Source of the DNA: Eledone cirrhosa
Taxonomy: Eukaryota
Assembly: GCA_964016885.1 (NCBI GenBank)
Contig: OZ024745.1
Location: 58,342,001-58,406,000 of the forward strand
Direction of reading: 5' to 3'
Length of the DNA: 64,000 bases
Each line of letters starts with the position of its first letter. The first letter of the stretch is position 1. The notes below the pieces were generated by a model. The model searched no databases. It saw only the letters and a list, made by a program, of their open reading frames with translations, and was not told the origin of the DNA. The position numbers and the translations under genes were made by a program. Shown here one piece after another: positions 60,114-64,000 of this stretch.

Positions 60114-60508
60114 CCGAATTGGTGTGATAGAGACAGGTACACATGTTGTTAAAGTGTTTTACTCCGTCAATACTCCGATATGTCCAGCTCCTGGTTGGGT
60201 TGTTATTTCTCTGAGGAACTGGAATCATATGAATTCGAACAAACGAATTTCGACATCATAGGACACTCTCTCCTCCCATTGGTCAGTTGTGAGAACATTC
60301 CTCAGTCAAAAGTCTATAGAAAATGTTTTCTGAGGCAAGACAATCTGTTTTGGTTGTTTTTGTTTAAGTACAGCTGACCTCCTCCCTTGTGGTTATTGGT
60401 GTTAGGGGGTTAGCTGGCAGGTCAGCCTTAGTTCTACTGCTGCTGTCTTTAGAAGAATGAGTGTGTGTGGGTTGGCATCAATCCTACCACCCTTTCACGT
60501 GGTGGGGC

Positions 60509-61196
60509 GTGCCAAACAGATAATGAAATAAGATAAAGTAAAATGAAGAAATAAAATATAAAAAAATAAAAAAAATAATAAAATAATAAGATAAGATACA
60601 ATAAAATGAAGAAGCAAAAAAATAAATAAATAAATAAAGTAGAATAAAATGCGTGTTTGTTATAGCCAATATCAAATATCAAAGAAGAATAAAGTGCGTG
60701 GGTGTTATAGCCAATATTAAAGTTTGAAAGATTTGGAAAATATTGACTGAAGTAGAAAGGCTATGTGTCAGAATCGGGAAATGCAAAGGATTACGATCTT
60801 TACACTATCATGAGGTGGTGCGTTTTGAGAGCAAATGAGGCAAGAGTGGAGTGTAAAATACCATAACCTGAGTGTCAAAATCTGGAAATGCAGAGGACCA
60901 CAGATAGTGTAATGCTTTGCATTTCCCGATTCTGACACATAGCCTTTCTACTTCAGTCAATATTTTCCAAATCTTTCAAACTTTAATATTGACTATAACA
61001 CACACGCACTTTATTCTTCTTTGATATTTGATATTGGCTATAACAAACATGCATTTTATTCTATTTTATTCATTTTATTTATTTTTTTGCTTCTTCATTT
61101 TATTGTTTCTTATCTTATTGTTTTATTATTTTTATTTTTTTTTTAATATTTTATTTCTTCATTTTACTTTATCTTATTTCATTATCTGTTTGGCAC
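60509..61196. repeat. ~280-bp-arm inverted repeat inside a Penelope-like remnant (60004-61250)
   Basis: 60509-60788 is inverted at 60915-61196. Confidence 0.9.
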
Positions 61197-61246
61197 ACCC
61201 CAATCTGCATACTGAGGTGTCGGTAAACAACCAACATATACTCAAA

Positions 61247-61296
<50 letters not shown>

Positions 61297-61355
61297 TCTG
61301 CTATGTATTGAGTACCTTACTTACTGTGGTTACCCCCGATAGAACTCGGGATAAA

Positions 61356-61389
<34 letters not shown>

Positions 61390-61854
61390 AGTTAATACAA
61401 ATAAATATATTTGATAAACACAAATACCAACATATCCGTGTTTGTATTGTAAACGACTAAAGTTAGCTAGATTTAAAAATACTATTTTTTTTTTCTTTGA
61501 GCTATTTCATTGTAAAGGACTGCCTGAGGTTTGAACTCATTATTAATAGTATATATATATATATATTACATAGGTGTAAATAAGCAATTAATACGTGTAG
61601 GTAGAGTATATCTGCATTTTCTATACATAAAAGTGGCAGTAACTTCGTGATTTCAGTTTGGTCGCTTCATATATATGTATATGTATGTTTGTGTGTGTGT
61701 TTGTATGTATATGTGTATGTATTATGTGTGTGTGTGTGAGTGACTGTGTGTGCCTGCCCTCTGAACACGTTTAATGTTTAGCTTTTATTCAGAATCCAGG
61801 CTATTAGTGATATCGCTAATTAATACTAGCCTATTAAGCTAGCATTATATGCGA

Positions 61855-62045
61855 GGGCGGTGAATTGGCAGTATCGGTAGAGGGTCGGACGCCATGCTTT
61901 GACGCATAGAGTTACGGCCTTTGCCATTCTGAGTTCAAATCCCGCCGAGGTTAACTTTGACTTTCATCCTTACGGGGTCGATAAAATAAAGTACCAGTAA
62001 TACACTGGGTCATTGCTGGCCTTGTGCCAAAAGTAGAAATAATTA
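61855..62045 (+). mobile_element. Full-length tRNA-derived SINE
   Basis: A/B boxes, core and tail as in 32933-33122. Confidence 0.9.
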
Positions 62046-62609
62046 TATGCAAATAAACTATCAACAAAATAATTTGTATCCTAACCCGTTGGAGTGATTT
62101 AGAATAATTGAAACACTTGTACACATGTTTTGACTGATAATGGGTTTGCCAAACGAAGAATGATTAAGATTTAAGAAGGAATTTAGATCCGAAAGCGTTC
62201 TCTTAACAAACAACTAACTCATATTAACCCAGCAACAAGGCTCGTAGTCAGCAGTCACGTGTCCGGTCACTGTAATTCTACTTATTGTAATTCTGATTCT
62301 GATTTTAATTATAATTCTTACTTTCCACTTCTACTACACCCATGCATACCTCTGCCTTCACCTAAACAAGTTATAAATCAAAATACGTATATACTGTTTT
62401 AAACAGGTTTTATCTCTTTTATTTTGTTATAATTTCTTTCAATACCATTTTTCTCTACCATTTTACCTCACGTGTATTCTTCTCACCCAATCTTGTTTCC
62501 CTCCTTTCTAGTTTACGTAACACTTCCCTGAGTAGCACACAACTAGAAACACTACATAACCCACTATACATATAAATAAGTTGCTTGAGATACACTCATT
62601 CATTATATA

Positions 62610-62678
<69 letters not shown>

Positions 62679-63204
62679 ATACATATATATACAAGAATTA
62701 ATTGTTTAGATCGTGTTCTGACTCAAATGTTTTTCATTTTCAATAAGATCTTCACGATTTTATCTTATTTATCAAATCACCAACTGACTTAATTTTATTT
62801 GTTTAGTGTTTTTAATTGTTGTTGCATTTTATTTTATAAGTTTTGTTATTGTTTCTTCTTCTTCAGCAGAAATTTTTGAGGTTTCTTGTTCTGTTTATAT
62901 TTTAATCCGATTATTTTATGTAGAGGCTCTTTTTTAATTTTGGAAGGAAAAGAATCATTTGTTTTATTATTGTTTTGTTTACTTCTTGTGGTTTTCTTTT
63001 CAGCAAGTTTGATTATTTGTTTCAAGTCAATATCATGCAAGGTGTATAGAAATTTGTTTACCGAAGTTCTGTTACTCGAAAACTAAAACATTAAAAATCA
63101 TCTATAAGAAAAAACAAAACAAAAATGCTAAACACATTTTCAACTTGTCAAATCAATCACACTACATACAGGCACACTTACGTATGTGTGGATGTGCGTG
63201 TGTA

Positions 63205-63288
<84 letters not shown>

Positions 63289-63878
63289 GAATGTATATAT
63301 AGTGCATTTTGCAATACACTGTATGATTAATTATAAGCATTTTGAAGACCTTGCGCTATTGTTTTAAAGTAGTGACTATATCACTTACTTCTTTTTTCAA
63401 CAAACAAAGGGAGATAAGCTGACAGATCTCTGTTTCATACTGTTGGTATTCCTCAGAGCTTAGCTCTCCCTTTGTTTGTTGAAAATTATGAATGTTGGAT
63501 TCTTATAGAATTCCAGTAATAATCAGGAACTGATTATACAGAGCGGTTGCAGGTCCAGCAAAAATTGAAAATTAGAATTGTTGCTCTGAAATAGCGATAT
63601 ATATATATGAATGTATATATAGTGTATTTTTCAATACACTGTATGCTTAATTAAAAGCATTTTGAAGACCTTACGCTTTTGTTTTAAAGTAGTGACTATG
63701 TTAATTAAAAGCTTAACTGTCAGCTTATCTCCCTTTGTTTGTTGAAAAAAGAAGTAAATGACATACTCACTATTTTAAAACAATAGCGTAAGGTCTTCAA
63801 AATGCTTTTAATTAAGCATACAGTGTATTGCAAAATACACTATATATACATTCATATATATATCGCTATTTCAGAGCA
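63289..63878. mobile_element. Penelope-like pseudo-LTR cluster with direct and inverted copies
   Basis: 63289-63380 is repeated directly at 63609-63700; 63289-63425 is inverted at 63717-63853. Confidence 0.75.
63415..63462 (-). ncRNA. Intact type I hammerhead ribozyme
   Basis: Minus strand: taagct CTGAGGA atac-caaca-gtat GAAA cag-agat-ctg TC agctta; stem I extends ~20 more bp. Confidence 0.9.
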
Positions 63879-64000
63879 CCAATTAACCATGCAGCACGAT
63901 TGTTTTCATATTCACACATATATATTTTTCTCCGCTGTGACCCGTCTGTTTCTTTCTTACTGCTTCCTCTTTTCTCTGTATCTCTCACTTCCCTTTACCC

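Noticed and set aside
61855-61950. tRNA genes suggested by A/B boxes
   Set aside because: These are SINE heads with no cloverleaf.

Overview
AT-rich eukaryotic genomic DNA packed with (TA)n, (CA)n, (GA)n and (CATA)n microsatellites. The repeat landscape looks like an octopod cephalopod (inference). One host gene is visible on +: a mindin/spondin-2-like gene. Its 1.1-kb first coding exon encodes a signal/anchor and a long Thr-rich mucin-like stalk, and it splices in phase across a ~17.9-kb intron into a Spondin_N exon; the remaining exons were not found here. The rest is mobile DNA: a decayed CsRn1-lineage Ty3/Gypsy element with an unusually long tRNA-Trp PBS, CR1/RTE/HERO/R4-like LINE relics, bipartite RTE-derived short elements, a tRNA-derived SINE family with a head-to-tail array, a Helitron, and mariner/MITE elements. 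The main signal not explained by the ORF track is about 11 type I hammerhead ribozyme motifs from several sequence families. They lie in short Penelope-like, inverted-repeat elements lodged in (TA)n tracts, and fold-back palindromes made of two half-hammerheads recur. All calls were read by eye; no folding or database searches were run.
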